The notes under the pieces: generated by a model
Told to the model about the DNA's origin: nothing
Databases searched by the model: none
Seen by the model: only the letters and a program-made list of their open reading frames with translations
DNA from: the human T2T-CHM13v2.0 reference genome, Homo sapiens
Assembly: GCF_009914755.1 (NCBI RefSeq)
Contig: NC_060939.1
Direction: 5' to 3' (one strand)
DNA: 64,000 nt
Shown here: positions 27,101 to 41,440 of the stretch, piece after piece
How the letters are laid out: every line of letters starts with the position of its first letter
Numbering within the stretch: position 1 is the first letter of the stretch
Position numbers and translations under genes: made by a program

Positions 27101-30100
27101 CTTTTGAGTCCATTCTATTTGAGTCCATTCCCTTTGATTCCATAACATTTGAGTCCATTCAATTCCATTCCTTTCGTTTCCATTCCATTTGATGCCATTC
27201 CATTCAATTCTGTTCTACTCGACTCCAATACATTCAATTCCATTCCATCCGATTCCATTACATTCTTTTCATTTCTTATCCATTTCAAGCCATTCCACTC
27301 CATTCCATTCCACTCGTTTCCTTTCCATTCGAGTCCATTCCTCTCCAGTCCATTCCGTTCAATCCATTCCATTCCAGTCCATTCCATTCGTGTCCGTTCC
27401 ATTCCAGTCCATTCCATTCGAGTCAATTCCATTCCATTCGATGTCTTTCCATAACGATCCATTCCATTCTATTCCTTTCGATTCCATTCCATTCTATTTC
27501 ATTCCATTCGATTCCCTTCCATTGGACTCCTTTCCATTCGAGTGCATTCCATTCCGTTCCATTTCTTTCCGTTCTGTACGATTCCTACCGTTCGATTTCA
27601 TTTTGTTCCAGTCCATTCCTTTCGCGTCCATTCCATTCCATTTCACTCCATTCGATTCCATTCCACTCGATTCCACTTCGTTCCATTTCATTGCATTCCA
27701 TTCTATTCAACTCTATTGCCTTCCATTCCATTCCATTCGATTACATTCCATGCGATTCCATTCGAAATCGAATCAATTACATTACAATCCATTACTATTG
27801 AGTCCGTTTTATTCCAATCCACTGCATTCTGGTCCATTCCATTTGATTCCATTCCATTTTATTCCATTCCATACAGTTGCATTCCATTGGATTCCATGCT
27901 ATATCTATAAATTCAATTCGAGACCATTGCTTTTGATTCCATTCTATATGTTTCCATTCCATTCAAGTCCATTACATTTGGTTCAATTCCATTCCATTCC
28001 ATTCCCTTCCATTCCATTCCAGTTGATATCAATCCATTCGATTCCATTCCATTCGAGCACATTCCATTCGAGTCCATTCCATTCGATGCCATTCCATTTG
28101 ATTCTATTCCATTAGTCTCCATTCAATTCCATTAATCTCCATTCCATTCCATTCTACTCCAACTGATTCCATTCCATTCTATTCCTTTCCATTCCATTTC
28201 ATTCCATTCCATTCCATTCGCTTCCATTCCATTCGTGTCCATTCCACTCCAGTCGATTCCATTTGTGTCCACTGCATTCCATTCCACTCCATTCCATATT
28301 ATTCCATTACACTCCATTCCATTCTATTACTTTCATTTCCATTCAATTCCATTCCATTTGATTCCATTCCACTCGGTTTCATTCCATTTGAGTCCACTCC
28401 ATTCCATTCCATTCCATTCCATTCCATTCAGTTCCATTCCATTCTGTTCCATTCCATTCCGTTCCACTGCATTCCATTCCATTCGGTACCATTCCATATT
28501 GTTCCATTCGATTCCATTCGAATCCATTCCATTCCAGTCCATTCCATTCGATTCCATTCCATTCATTTCAATTCCATTCCATTCCATTCCATTCCATTCC
28601 ACTTGATTCCTCTCCATTCCCTTCCACTGCATTCCGTTCGATTCCATTCCATTGCATTGCATTCCATTCCATTGGATTGCATTCCATTCGATTCCATTCC
28701 ATTCGAATCAATTACATAGCAATCCATTGCATTCGAGTCTATTCTATTCCGTTCCATTCGATTTCGTTCCAATCCATTCGATTCCATTCCATTCGATTCC
28801 ATTCCATACTATTGCATTCCATTCGATTACATTATATTCGAATAAGTTCCATTCAAGACCATTTCTTTTGAGTCCATTCTATTTGAGTCCATTCCCTTTG
28901 ATTCCATAACATTTGAGTCCATTCAATTCCATTCCTTTCGTTTCCATTCCATTTGATGCCATTCCATTCAATTCTGTTCTACTCGACTCCAATACATTCA
29001 ATTCCATTCCATCCGATTCCATTACATTCTTTTCATTTCTTATCCATTTCAAGCCATTCCTCTCCATTCCATTCCACTCGTTTCCTTTCCATTCGAGTCC
29101 ATTCCTCTCCAGTCCATTCCGTTCAATCCATTCCATTCCAGTCCATTCCATTCGAGTCCGTTCCATTCCAGTCCATTCCATTCGAGTCAATTCCATTCCA
29201 TTCGATGTCTTTCCATAACGATCCATTCCATTCTATTCCTTTCGATTCCATTCCATTCTATTTCATTCCATTCGATTCCCTTCCATTGGACTCCTTTCCA
29301 TTCGAGTGCATTCCATTCCTTTCCATTTCTTTCCGTTCTGTACGATTCCTACCGTTCGATTTCATTTTGTTCCAGTCCATTCCTTTCGCGTCCATTCCAT
29401 TCCATTTCACTCCATTCGATTCCATTCCACTCGATTCCACTTCGTTCCATTTCATTGCATTCCATTCTATTCAACTCTATTGCCTTCCATTCCATTCCAT
29501 TCGATTACATTCCATGCGATTCCATTCGAAATCGAATCAATTACATTACAATCCATTACTATTGAGTCCGTTTTATTCCAATCCACTGCATTCTGGTCCA
29601 TTCCATTTGATTCCATTCCATTTTATTCCATTCCATACAGTTGCATTCCATTGGATTCCATGCTATATCTATAAATTCAATTCGAGACCATTGCTTTTGA
29701 TTCCATTCTATATGTTTCCATTCCATTCAAGTCCATTACATTTGGTTCAATTCCATTCCATTCCATTCCCTTCCATTCCATTCCAGTTGATATCAATCCA
29801 TTCGATTCCATTCCATTCGAGCACATTCCATTCGAGTCCATTCCATTCGATGCCATTCCATTTGATTCTATTCCATTAGTCTCCATTCAATTCCATTAAT
29901 CTCCATTCCATTCCATTCTACTCCAACTGATTCCATTCCATTCTATTCCTTTCCATTCCATTTCATTCCATTCCATTCCATTCGCTTCCATTCCATTCGT
30001 GTCCATTCCACTCCAGTCGATTCCATTTGTGTCCACTGCATTCCATTCCACTCCATTCCATATTATTCCATTACACTCCATTCCATTCTATTACTTTCAT

Positions 30101-33100
30101 TTCCATTCAATTCCATTCCATTTGATTCCATTCCACTCGGTTTCATTCCATTTGAGTCCACTCCATTCCATTCCATTCCATTCCATTCCATTCAGTTCCA
30201 TTCCATTCTGTTCCATTCCATTCCGTTCCACTGCATTCCATTCCATTCGGTACCATTCCATATTGTTCCATTCGATTCCATTCGAATCCATTCCATTCCA
30301 TTCGATTCCATTCCATTCATTTCAATTCCATTCCATTCCATTCCATTCCATTCCACTTGATTCCTCTCCATTCCCTTCCACTGCATTCCGTTCGATTCCA
30401 TTCCATTGCATTGCATTCCATTCCATTGGATTGCATTCCATTCGATTCCATTCCATTCGAATCAATTACATAGCAATCCATTGCATTCGAGTCTATTCTA
30501 TTCCGTTCCATTCGATTTCGTTCCAATCCATTCGATTCCATTCCATTCGATTCCATTCCATACTATTGCATTCCATTCGATTACATTATATTCGAATAAG
30601 TTCCATTCAAGACCATTTCTTTTGAGTCCATTCTATTTGAGTCCATTCCCTTTGATTCCATAACATTTGAGTCCATTCAATTCCATTCCTTTCGTTTCCA
30701 TTCCATTTGATGCCATTCCATTCAATTCTGTTCTACTCGACTCCAATACATTCAATTCCATTCCATCCGATTCCATTACATTCTTTTCATTTCTTATCCA
30801 TTTCAAGCCATTCCTCTCCATTCCATTCCACTCGTTTCCTTTCCATTCGAGTCCATTCCTCTCCAGTCCATTCCGTTCAATCCATTCCATTCCAGTCCAT
30901 TCCATTCGAGTCCGTTCCATTCCAGTCCATTCCATTCGAGTCAATTCCATTCCATTCGATGTCTTTCCATAACGATCCATTCCATTCTATTCCTTTCGAT
31001 TCCATTCCATTCTATTTCATTCCATTCGATTCCCTTCCATTGGACTCCTTTCCATTCGAGTGCATTCCATTCCTTTCCATTTCTTTCCGTTCTGTACGAT
31101 TCCTACCGTTCGATTTCATTTTGTTCCAGTCCATTCCTTTCGCGTCCATTCCATTCCATTTCACTCCATTCGATTCCATTCCACTCGATTCCACTTCGTT
31201 CCATTTCATTGCATTCCATTCTATTCAACTCTATTGCCTTCCATTCCATTCCATTCGATTACATTCCATGAGATTCCATTCGAAATCGAATCAATTACAT
31301 TGCAATCCATTACTATTGAGTCCGTTTTATTCCAGTCCACTGCATTCTGGTCCATTCCATTTGATTCCATTCCATTCTATTCCATTCCATACAGTTGCAT
31401 TCCATTGGATTCCATGCTATATCTATAAATTCAATTCGAGACCATTGCTTTTGAGTCCATTCTATATGATTCCATTCCATTCAAGTCCATTACATTTGGT
31501 TCAATTCCATTCCATTCCATTCCCTTCCATTCCATTCCAGTTGATATCAATCCATTCGATTCCATTCCATTCGAGCACATTCCATTCGAGTCCATTCCAT
31601 TCGATGCCATTCCATTTGATTCTATTCCATTAGTCTCCATTCAATTCCATTAATCTCCATTCCATTCCATTCTACTCCAACTGATTCCATTTCATTATAT
31701 TCCTTTCCATTCCATTTCATTCCATTCCATTCCATTTCATTCCATTCCATTCCATTCGTGTCCATTCCACTCCAGTCCATTCCATTCGTGTCCATTCCAT
31801 TCCAGTCCATTCCATTTGTGTCCCCTGCATTCCATTAAACTCCATTCCATATTATTCCATTACACTCCATTCAATTCTATTACTTTCATTTCCATTCAAT
31901 TCCATTCCATTTGATTCCATTCCACTCGGTTTCATTCCATTTGAGTCCACTCCATTCCATTCCATTCCATTCCATTCCATTCAGTTCCATTCCATTCTAT
32001 TCCATTCCATTCCGTTCCATTACATTCCATTCCATTCGGTACCATTCCATATTGTTCCATTCGATTCCATTCGAATCCATTCCATTCCAGTCCATTCCAT
32101 TCGATTCCATTCCATTCATTTCAATTCCATTCCATTCCATTCCATTACATTCCACTTGATTCCTCTCCATTCCCTTCCACTGCATTCCGTTCGATTCCAT
32201 TCCATTGCATTGCATTCCATTCCATTGGATTGCATTCCATTCGATTCCATTCCATTCGAATCAATTACATAGCAATCCATTACATTCGAGTCTATTCTAT
32301 TCCGTTCCATTCGATTTCGTTCCAATCCATTCGATTCCATTCCATTCGATTCCATTCCATACTATTGCATTCCATTCTATTACATTATATTCGAATAAGT
32401 TCCATTCAAGACCATTTCTTTTGAGTCCATTCTATTTGAGTCCATTCCCTTTGATTCCATAACATTTGAGTCCATTCAATTCCATTCCTTTCGTTTCCAT
32501 TCCATTTGATGCCATTCCATTCAATTCTGTTCTACTCGACTCCAATACATTCAATTCCATTCCATCCGATTCCATTACATTCTTTTCATTTCTTATCCAT
32601 TTCAAGCCATTCCACTCCATTCCATTCCACTCGTTTCCTTTCCATTCGAGTCCATTCCTCTCCAGTCCATTCCGTTCAATCCATTCCATTCCAGTCCATT
32701 CCATTCGTGTCCGTTCCATTCCAGTCCATTCCATTCGAGTCAATTCCATTCCATTCGATGTCTTTCCATAACGATCCATTCCATTCTATTCCTTTCGATT
32801 CCATTCCATTCTATTTCATTCCATTCGATTCCCTTCCATTGGACTCCTTTCCATTCGAGTGCATTCCATTCCGTTCCATTTCTTTCCGTTCTGTACGATT
32901 CCTACCGTTCGATTTCATTTTGTTCCAGTCCATTCCTTTCGCGTCCATTCCATTCCATTTCACTCCATTCGATTCCATTCCACTCGATTCCACTTCGTTC
33001 CATTTCATTGCATTCCATTCTATTCAACTCTATTGCCTTCCATTCCATTCCATTCGATTACATTCCATGCGATTCCATTCGAAATCGAATCAATTACATT

Positions 33101-36100
33101 ACAATCCATTACTATTGAGTCCGTTTTATTCCAATCCACTGCATTCTGGTCCATTCCATTTGATTCCATTCCATTTTATTCCATTCCATACAGTTGCATT
33201 CCATTGGATTCCATGCTATATCTATAAATTCAATTCGAGACCATTGCTTTTGATTCCATTCTATATGTTTCCATTCCATTCAAGTCCATTACATTTGGTT
33301 CAATTCCATTCCATTCCATTCCCTTCCATTCCATTCCAGTTGATATCAATCCATTCGATTCCATTCCATTCGAGCACATTCCATTCGAGTCCATTCCATT
33401 CGATGCCATTCCATTTGATTCTATTCCATTAGTCTCCATTCAATTCCATTAATCTCCATTCCATTCCATTCTACTCCAACTGATTCCATTCCATTCTATT
33501 CCTTTCCATTCCATTTCATTCCATTCCATTCCATTCGCTTCCATTCCATTCGTGTCCATTCCACTCCAGTCGATTCCATTTGTGTCCACTGCATTCCATT
33601 CCACTCCATTCCATATTATTCCATTACACTCCATTCCATTCTATTACTTTCATTTCCATTCAATTCCATTCCATTTGATTCCATTCCACTCGGTTTCATT
33701 CCATTTGAGTCCACTCCATTCCATTCCATTCCATTCCATTCCATTCAGTTCCATTCCATTCTGTTCCATTCCATTCCGTTCCATTGCATTCCATTCCATT
33801 CGGTACCATTCCATATTGTTCCATTCGATTCCATTCGAATCCATTCCATTCCAGTCCATTCCATTCGATTCCATTCCATTCCTTTCAATTCCATTCCATT
33901 CCATTCCATTCCACTTGATTCCACTCCATTCCCTTCCACTGCATTCCATTCGATTCCATTCCATTGCATTGCATTCCATTCCATTGGACTGCATTCCATT
34001 CGATTCCATTCCATTCGAATCAATTACATAGCAATCCATTACATTCGAGTCTATTCTATTCCGTTCCATTCGATTTCTTTCCAATCCATTCGATTCCATT
34101 CCATTCGATTCCATTCCATACTATTGCATTCCATTCGATTACATTATATTCGAATAAGTTCCATTCAAGACCATTTCTTTTGAGTCCATTCTATTTGAGT
34201 CCATTCCCTTTGATTCCATAACATTTGAGTCCATTCAATTCCATTCCTTTCGTTTCCATTCCATTTGATGCCATTCCATTCAATTCTGTTCTACTCGACT
34301 CCAATACATTCAATTCCATTCCATCCGATTCCATTACATTCTTTTCATTTCTTATCCATTTCAAGCCATTCCACTCCATTCCATTCCACTCGTTTCCTTT
34401 CCATTCGAGTCCATTCCTCTCCAGTCCATTCCGTTCAATCCATTCCATTCCAGTCCATTCCATTCGAGTCCGTTCCATTCCAGTCCATTCCATTCGAGTC
34501 AATTCCATCCCATTCGATGTCTTTCCATAACGATCCATTCCATTCTATTCCTTTCGATTCCATTCCATTCTATTTCATTCCATTCGATTCCCTTCCATTG
34601 GACTCCTTTCCATTCGAGTGCATTCCATTCCGTTCCATTTCTTTCCGTTCTGTACGATTCCTACCGTTCGATTTCATTTTGTTCCAGTCCATTCCTTTCG
34701 CGTCCATTCCATTCCATTTCACTCCATTCGATTCCATTCCATTTCACTCCATTCGATTCCATTCCACTCGATTCCACTTCGTTCCATTTCATTGCATTCC
34801 ATTCTATTCAACTCTATTGCCTTCCATTCCATTCCATTCGATTACATTCCATGCGATTCCATTCGAAATCGAATCAATTACATTGCAATCCATAACTATT
34901 GAGTCCGTTTTATTCCAGTCCACTGCATTCTGGTCCATTCCATTTGATTCCATTCCATTCTATTCCATTCCATACAGTTGCATTCCATTGGATTCCATGC
35001 TATATCTATAAATTCAATTCGAGACCATTGCTTTTGAGTCCATTCTATATGATTCCATTCCATTCAAGTCCATTACATTTGGTTCAATTCCATTCCATTC
35101 CATTCCCTTCCATTCCATTCCATTTGATATCAATCCATTCGATTCCATTCCATTCGAGCACATTCCATTCGAGTCCATTCCATTCGATGCCATTCCATTT
35201 GATTCTATTCCATTAGTCTCCATTCTATTCCATTAATCTCCATTCCATTCCATTCTACTCCAACTGATTCCATTCCATTCTATTCCTTTCCATTCCATTT
35301 CATTCCATTCCATTCCATTTCATTCCATTCCATTCCATTCGTGTCCATTCCACTCCAGTCCATTCCATTCGTGTCCATTCCATTCCAGTCCATTCCATTT
35401 GTGTCCACTGCATTCCATTCCACTCCATTCCATATTATTCCATTACACTCCATTCCATTCTATTACTTTCATTTCCATTCAATTCCATTCCATTTGATTC
35501 CATTCCACTCGGTTTCATTCCATTTGAGTCCACTCCATTCCATTCCATTCCATTCCATTCAGTTCCATTCCATTCTGTTCCATTCCATTCCGTTCCATTC
35601 CATTCCATTCCATTCGGTACCATTCCATATTGTTCCATTCGATTCCATTCGAATCCATTCCATTCCAGTCCATTCCATTCGATTCCATTCCATTCATTTC
35701 AATTCCATTCCATTCCATTCCATTCCATTCCACTTGATTCCTCTCCATTCCCTTCCACTGCATTCCGTTCGATTCCATTCCATTGCATTGCATTCCATTC
35801 CATTGGATTGCATTCCATTCGATTCCATTCCATTCGAATCAATTACATAGCAATCCATTGCATTCGAGTCTATTCTATTCCGTTCCATTCGATTTCGTTC
35901 CAATCCATTCGATTCCATTCCATTCGATTCCATTCCATACTATTGCATTCCATTCGATTACATTATATTCGAATAAGTTCCATTCAAGACCATTTCTTTT
36001 GAGTCCATTCTATTTGAGTCCATTCCCTTTGATTCCATAACATTTGAGTCCATTCAATTCCATTCCTTTCGTTTCCATTCCATTTGATGCCATTCCATTC

Positions 36101-37842
36101 AATTCTGTTCTACTCGACTCCAATACATTCAATTCCATTCCATCCGATTCCATTACATTCTTTTCATTTCTTATCCATTTCAAGCCATTCCACTCCATTC
36201 CATTCCACTCGTTTCCTTTCCATTCGAGTCCATTCCTCTCCAGTCCATTCCGTTCAATCCATTCCATTCCAGTCCATTCCATTCGAGTCCGTTCCATTCC
36301 AGTCCATTCCATTCGAGTCAATTCCATTCCATTCGATGTCTTTCCATAACGATCCATTCCATTCTATTCCTTTCGATTCCATTCCATTCTATTTCATTCC
36401 ATTCGATTCCCTTCCATTGGACTCCTTTCCATTCGAGTGCATTCCATTCCTTTCCATTTCTTTCCGTTCTGTACGATTCCTACCGTTCGATTTCATTTTG
36501 TTCCAGTCCATTCCTTTCGCGTCCATTCCATTCCATTTCACTCCATTCGATTCCATTCCACTCGATTCCACTTCGTTCCATTTCATTGCATTCCATTCTA
36601 TTCAACTCTATTGCCTTCCATTCCATTCCATTCGATTACATTCCATGAGATTCCATTCGAAATCGAATCAATTACATTGCAATCCATTACTATTGAGTCC
36701 GTTTTATTCCAGTCCACTGCATTCTGGTCCATTCCATTTGATTCCATTCCATTCTATTCCATTCCATACAGTTGCATTCCATTGGATTCCATGCTATATC
36801 TATAAATTCAATTCGAGACCATTGCTTTTGAGTCCATTCTATATGATTCCATTCCATTCAAGTCCATTACATTTGGTTCAATTCCATTCCATTCCATTCC
36901 CTTCCATTCCATTCCAGTTGATATCAATCCATTCGATTCCATTCCATTCGAGCACATTCCATTCGAGTCCATTCCATTCGATGCCATTCCATTTGATTCT
37001 ATTCCATTAGTCTCCATTCAATTCCATTAATCTCCATTCCATTCCATTCTACTCCAACTGATTCCATTTCATTATATTCCTTTCCATTCCATTTCATTCC
37101 ATTCCATTCCATTTCATTCCATTCCATTCCATTCGTGTCCATTCCACTCCAGTCCATTCCATTCGTGTCCATTCCATTCCAGTCCATTCCATTTGTGTCC
37201 CCTGCATTCCATTAAACTCCATTCCATATTATTCCATTACACTCCATTCAATTCTATTACTTTCATTTCCATTCAATTCCATTCCATTTGATTCCATTCC
37301 ACTCGGTTTCATTCCATTTGAGTCCACTCCATTCCATTCCATTCCATTCCATTCCATTCAGTTCCATTCCATTCTATTCCATTCCATTCCGTTCCATTAC
37401 ATTCCATTCCATTAGGTACCATTCCATATTGTTCCATTCGATTCCATTCGAATCCATTCCATTCCAGTCCATTCCATTCGATTCCATTCCATTCATTTCA
37501 ATTCCATTCCATTCCATTCCATTACATTCCACTTGATTCCTCTCCATTCCCTTCCACTGCATTCCGTTCGATTCCATTCCATTGCATTGCATTCCATTCC
37601 ATTGGATTGCATTCCATTCGATTCCATTCCATTCGAATCAATTACATAGCAATCCATTACATTCGAGTCTATTCTATTCCGTTCCATTCGATTTCGTTCC
37701 AATCCATTCGATTCCATTCCATTCGATTCCATTCCATACTATTGCATTCCATTCGATGACATTATATTCGAATAAGTTCCATTCAAGACCATTTCTTTTG
37801 AGTCCATTCTATTTGAGTCCATTCCCTTTGATTCCATAACAT
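18154..37842 (+). repeat. Middle-domain 3-unit super-repeat (1819+1799+1759 = 5377 bp), interrupted at U16-U17
   Basis: Unit lengths run 1819, 1799, 1759, 1819, 1799, (1764, 1754), 1799, 1759, 1819, 1799. Offsets 18154->23531, 19973->25350 and 30667->36044 all equal 5377. The 1799 type carries ccatgagatt, ccatttcattatattcc, gtgtcccctgc, ccattaaactcc. The 1759 type carries ttacattacaatcc, tttgattcc, atgtttcc, agtcgattcc. The 1819 type carries a 25-bp duplication and ccataact. Confidence 0.9.
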
Positions 37843-40800
37843 TTGAGTCCATTCAATTCCATTCCTTTCGTTTCCATTCCATTTGATGCCATTCCATTCA
37901 ATTCTGTTCTACTCGACTCCAATACATTCAATTCCATTCCATCCGATTCCATTACATTCTTTTCATTTCTTATCCATTTCAAGCCATTCCACTCCATTCC
38001 ATTCCACTCGTTTCCTTTCCATTCGAGTCCATTCCTCTCCAGTCCATTCCGTTCAGTCCATTCCATTCCAGTCCATTCCATTCGAGTCCGTTCCATTCCA
38101 GTCCATTCCATTCGAGTCAATTCCATCCCATTCGATGTCTTTCCATAACGATCCATTCCATTCTATTCCTTTCGATTCCATTCCATTCTATTTCATTCCA
38201 TTCGATTCCCTTCCATTGGACTCCTTTCCATTCGAGTGCATTCCATTCCGTTCCATTTCTTTCCGTTCTGTACGATTCCTACCGTTCGATTTCATTTTGT
38301 TCCAGTCCATTCCTTTCGCGTCCATTCCATTCCATTTCACTCCATTCGATTCCATTTCACTCGATTCCACTTCGTTCCATTTCATTGCATTCCATTCTAT
38401 TCAACTCTATTGCCTTCCATTCCATTCCATTCGATTACATTCCATGCGATTCCATTCGAAATCCAATCAATTACATTGCAATCCATTACTATTGAGTCCA
38501 TTTTATTCCAGTCCACTGCATTCTGGTCCATTCCATTTGATTCCATTCCATTCTATTCCATTCCATACAGTTGCATTCCATTGGATTCCATTCTATATCT
38601 ATAAATTCAATTGGAGACCATTGCTTTTGAGTCCATTCTATATGATTCCATTCCATTCAAGTCCATTACATTTGGTTCAATTCCATTCCATTCCATTCCC
38701 TTCCATTCCATTCCAGTTGATATCAATCCATTCGATTCCATTCCATTCGAGCACATTCCATTCGAGTCCATTCCATTCGATGCCATTCCATTTGATTCTA
38801 TTCCATTAGTCTCCATTCAATTCCATTAATCTCCATTCCATTCCATTCTACTCCAACTGATTCCATTCCATTCTATTCCTTTCCATTCCATTTCATTCCA
38901 TTCCATTCCATTTCATTCCATTCCATTCCATTCGCTTCCATTCCATTCGTGTCCATTCCACTCCAGTCCATTCCATTCGTGTCCATTCCATTCCAGTCCA
39001 TTCCATTTGTGTCCACTGCATTCCATTCCACTCCATTCCATATTATTCCATTACACTCCATTCCGTTCTATTACTTTCATTTCCATTCAATTCCATTCCA
39101 TTTGATTCCATTCCACTCGGTTTCATTCCATTTGAGTCCACTCCATTCCATTCCATTCCATTCCATTCCATTCAGTTCCTTTCCATTCTGTTCCATTCCA
39201 TTCCGTTCCATTGCATTCCATTCCATTCGGTACCATTCCATATTGTTCCATTCGATTCCATTCGAATCCATTCCATTCCAGTCCATTCCATTCGATTCCA
39301 TTCCATTCCTTTCAATTCCATTCCATTCCATTCCATTCCACTTGATTCCACTCCATTCCCTTCCACTGCATTCCATTCGATTCCATTCCATTGCATTGCA
39401 TTCCATTCCATTGGATTGCATTCCATTCGATTCCATTCCATTCGAATCAATTACATAGCAATCCATTACATTCGAGTCTATTCTATTCCGTTCCATTCGA
39501 TTTCGTTCCAATCCATTCGATTCCATTCCATTCGATTCCATTCCATACTATTGCATTCCATTCGATTACATTATATTCGAATAAGTTCCATTCAAGACCA
39601 TTTCTTTTGAGTCCATTCTATTTGAGTCCATTCCCTTTGATTCCATAACATTTGAGTCCATTCAATTCCATTCCTTTCGTTTCCATTCCATTTGATGCCA
39701 TTCCATTCAATTCTGTTCTACTCGACTCCAATACATTCAATTCCATTCCATCCGATTCCATTACATTCTTTTCATTTCTTATCCATTTCAAGCCATTCCA
39801 CTCCATTCCATTCCACTCGTTTCCTTTCCATTCGAGTCCATTCCTCTCCAGTCCATTCCGTTCAATCCATTCCATTCCAGTCCATTCCATTCGAGTCCGT
39901 TCCATTCCAGTCCATTCCATTCGAGTCAATTCCATCCCATTCGATGTCTTTCCATAACGATCCATTCCATTCTATTCCTTTCGATTCCATTCCATTCTAT
40001 TTCATTCCATTCGATTCCCTTCCATTGGACTCCTTTCCATTCGAGTGCATTCCATTCCGTTCCATTTCTTTCCGTTCTGTACGATTCCTACCGTTCGATT
40101 TCATTTTGTTCCAGTCCATTCCTTTCGCGTCCATTCCATTCCATTTCACTCCATTCGATTCCATTTCACTCGATTCCACTTCGTTCCATTTCATTGCATT
40201 CCATTCTATTCAACTCTATTGCCTTCCATTCCATTCCATTCGATTACATTCCATGCGATTCCATTCGAAATCGAATCAATTACATTGCAATCCATTACTA
40301 TTGAGTCCATTTTATTCCAGTCCACTGCATTCTGGTCCATTCCATTTGATTCCATTCCATTCTATTCCATTCCATACAGTTGCATTCCATTGGATTCCAT
40401 TCTATATCTATAAATTCAATTGGAGACCATTGCTTTTGAGTCCATTCTATATGATTCCATTCCATTCAAGTCCATTACATTTGGTTCAATTCCATTCCAT
40501 TCCATTCCCTTCCATTCCATTCCAGTTGATATCAATCCATTCGATTCCATTCCATTCGAGCACATTCCATTCGAGTCCATTCCATTCGATGCCATTCCAT
40601 TTGATTCTATTCCATTAGTCTCCATTCAATTCCATTAATCTCCATTCCATTCCATTCTACTCCAACTGATTCCATTCCATTCTATTCCTTTCCATTCCAT
40701 TTCATTCCATTCCATTCCATTTCATTCCATTCCATTCCATTCGCTTCCATTCCACTCCAGTCCATTCCATTCGTGTCCATTCCATTCCAGTCCATTCCAT

Positions 40801-41440
40801 TTGTGTCCACTGCATTCCATTCCACTCCATTCCATATTATTCCATTACACTCCATTCCGTTCTATTACTTTCATTTCCATTCAATTCCATTCCATTTGAT
40901 TCCATTCCACTCGGTTTCATTCCATTTGAGTCCACTCCATTCCATTCCATTCCATTCCATTCAGTTCCATTCCATTCTGTTCCATTCCATTCCGTTCCAT
41001 TGCATTCCATTCCATTCGGTACCATTCCATATTGTTCCATTCGATTCCATTCGAATCCATTCCATTCCAGTCCATTCCATTCGATTCCATTCCATTCCTT
41101 TCAATTCCATTCCATTCCATTCCATTCCACTTGATTCCACTCCATTCCCTTCCACTGCATTCCATTCGATTCCATTCCATTGCTTTGCATTCCATTCCAT
41201 TGGATTGCATTCCATTCGATTCCATTCCATTCGAATCAATTACATAGCAATCCATTACATTCGAGTCTATTCTATTCCGTTCCATTCGATTTCGTTCCAA
41301 TCCATTCGATTCCATTCCATTCGATTCCATTCCATACTATTGCATTCCATTCGATTACATTATATTCGAATAAGTTCCATTCAAGACCATTTCTTTTGAG
41401 TCCATTCTATTTGAGTCCATTCCCTTTGATTCCATAACAT

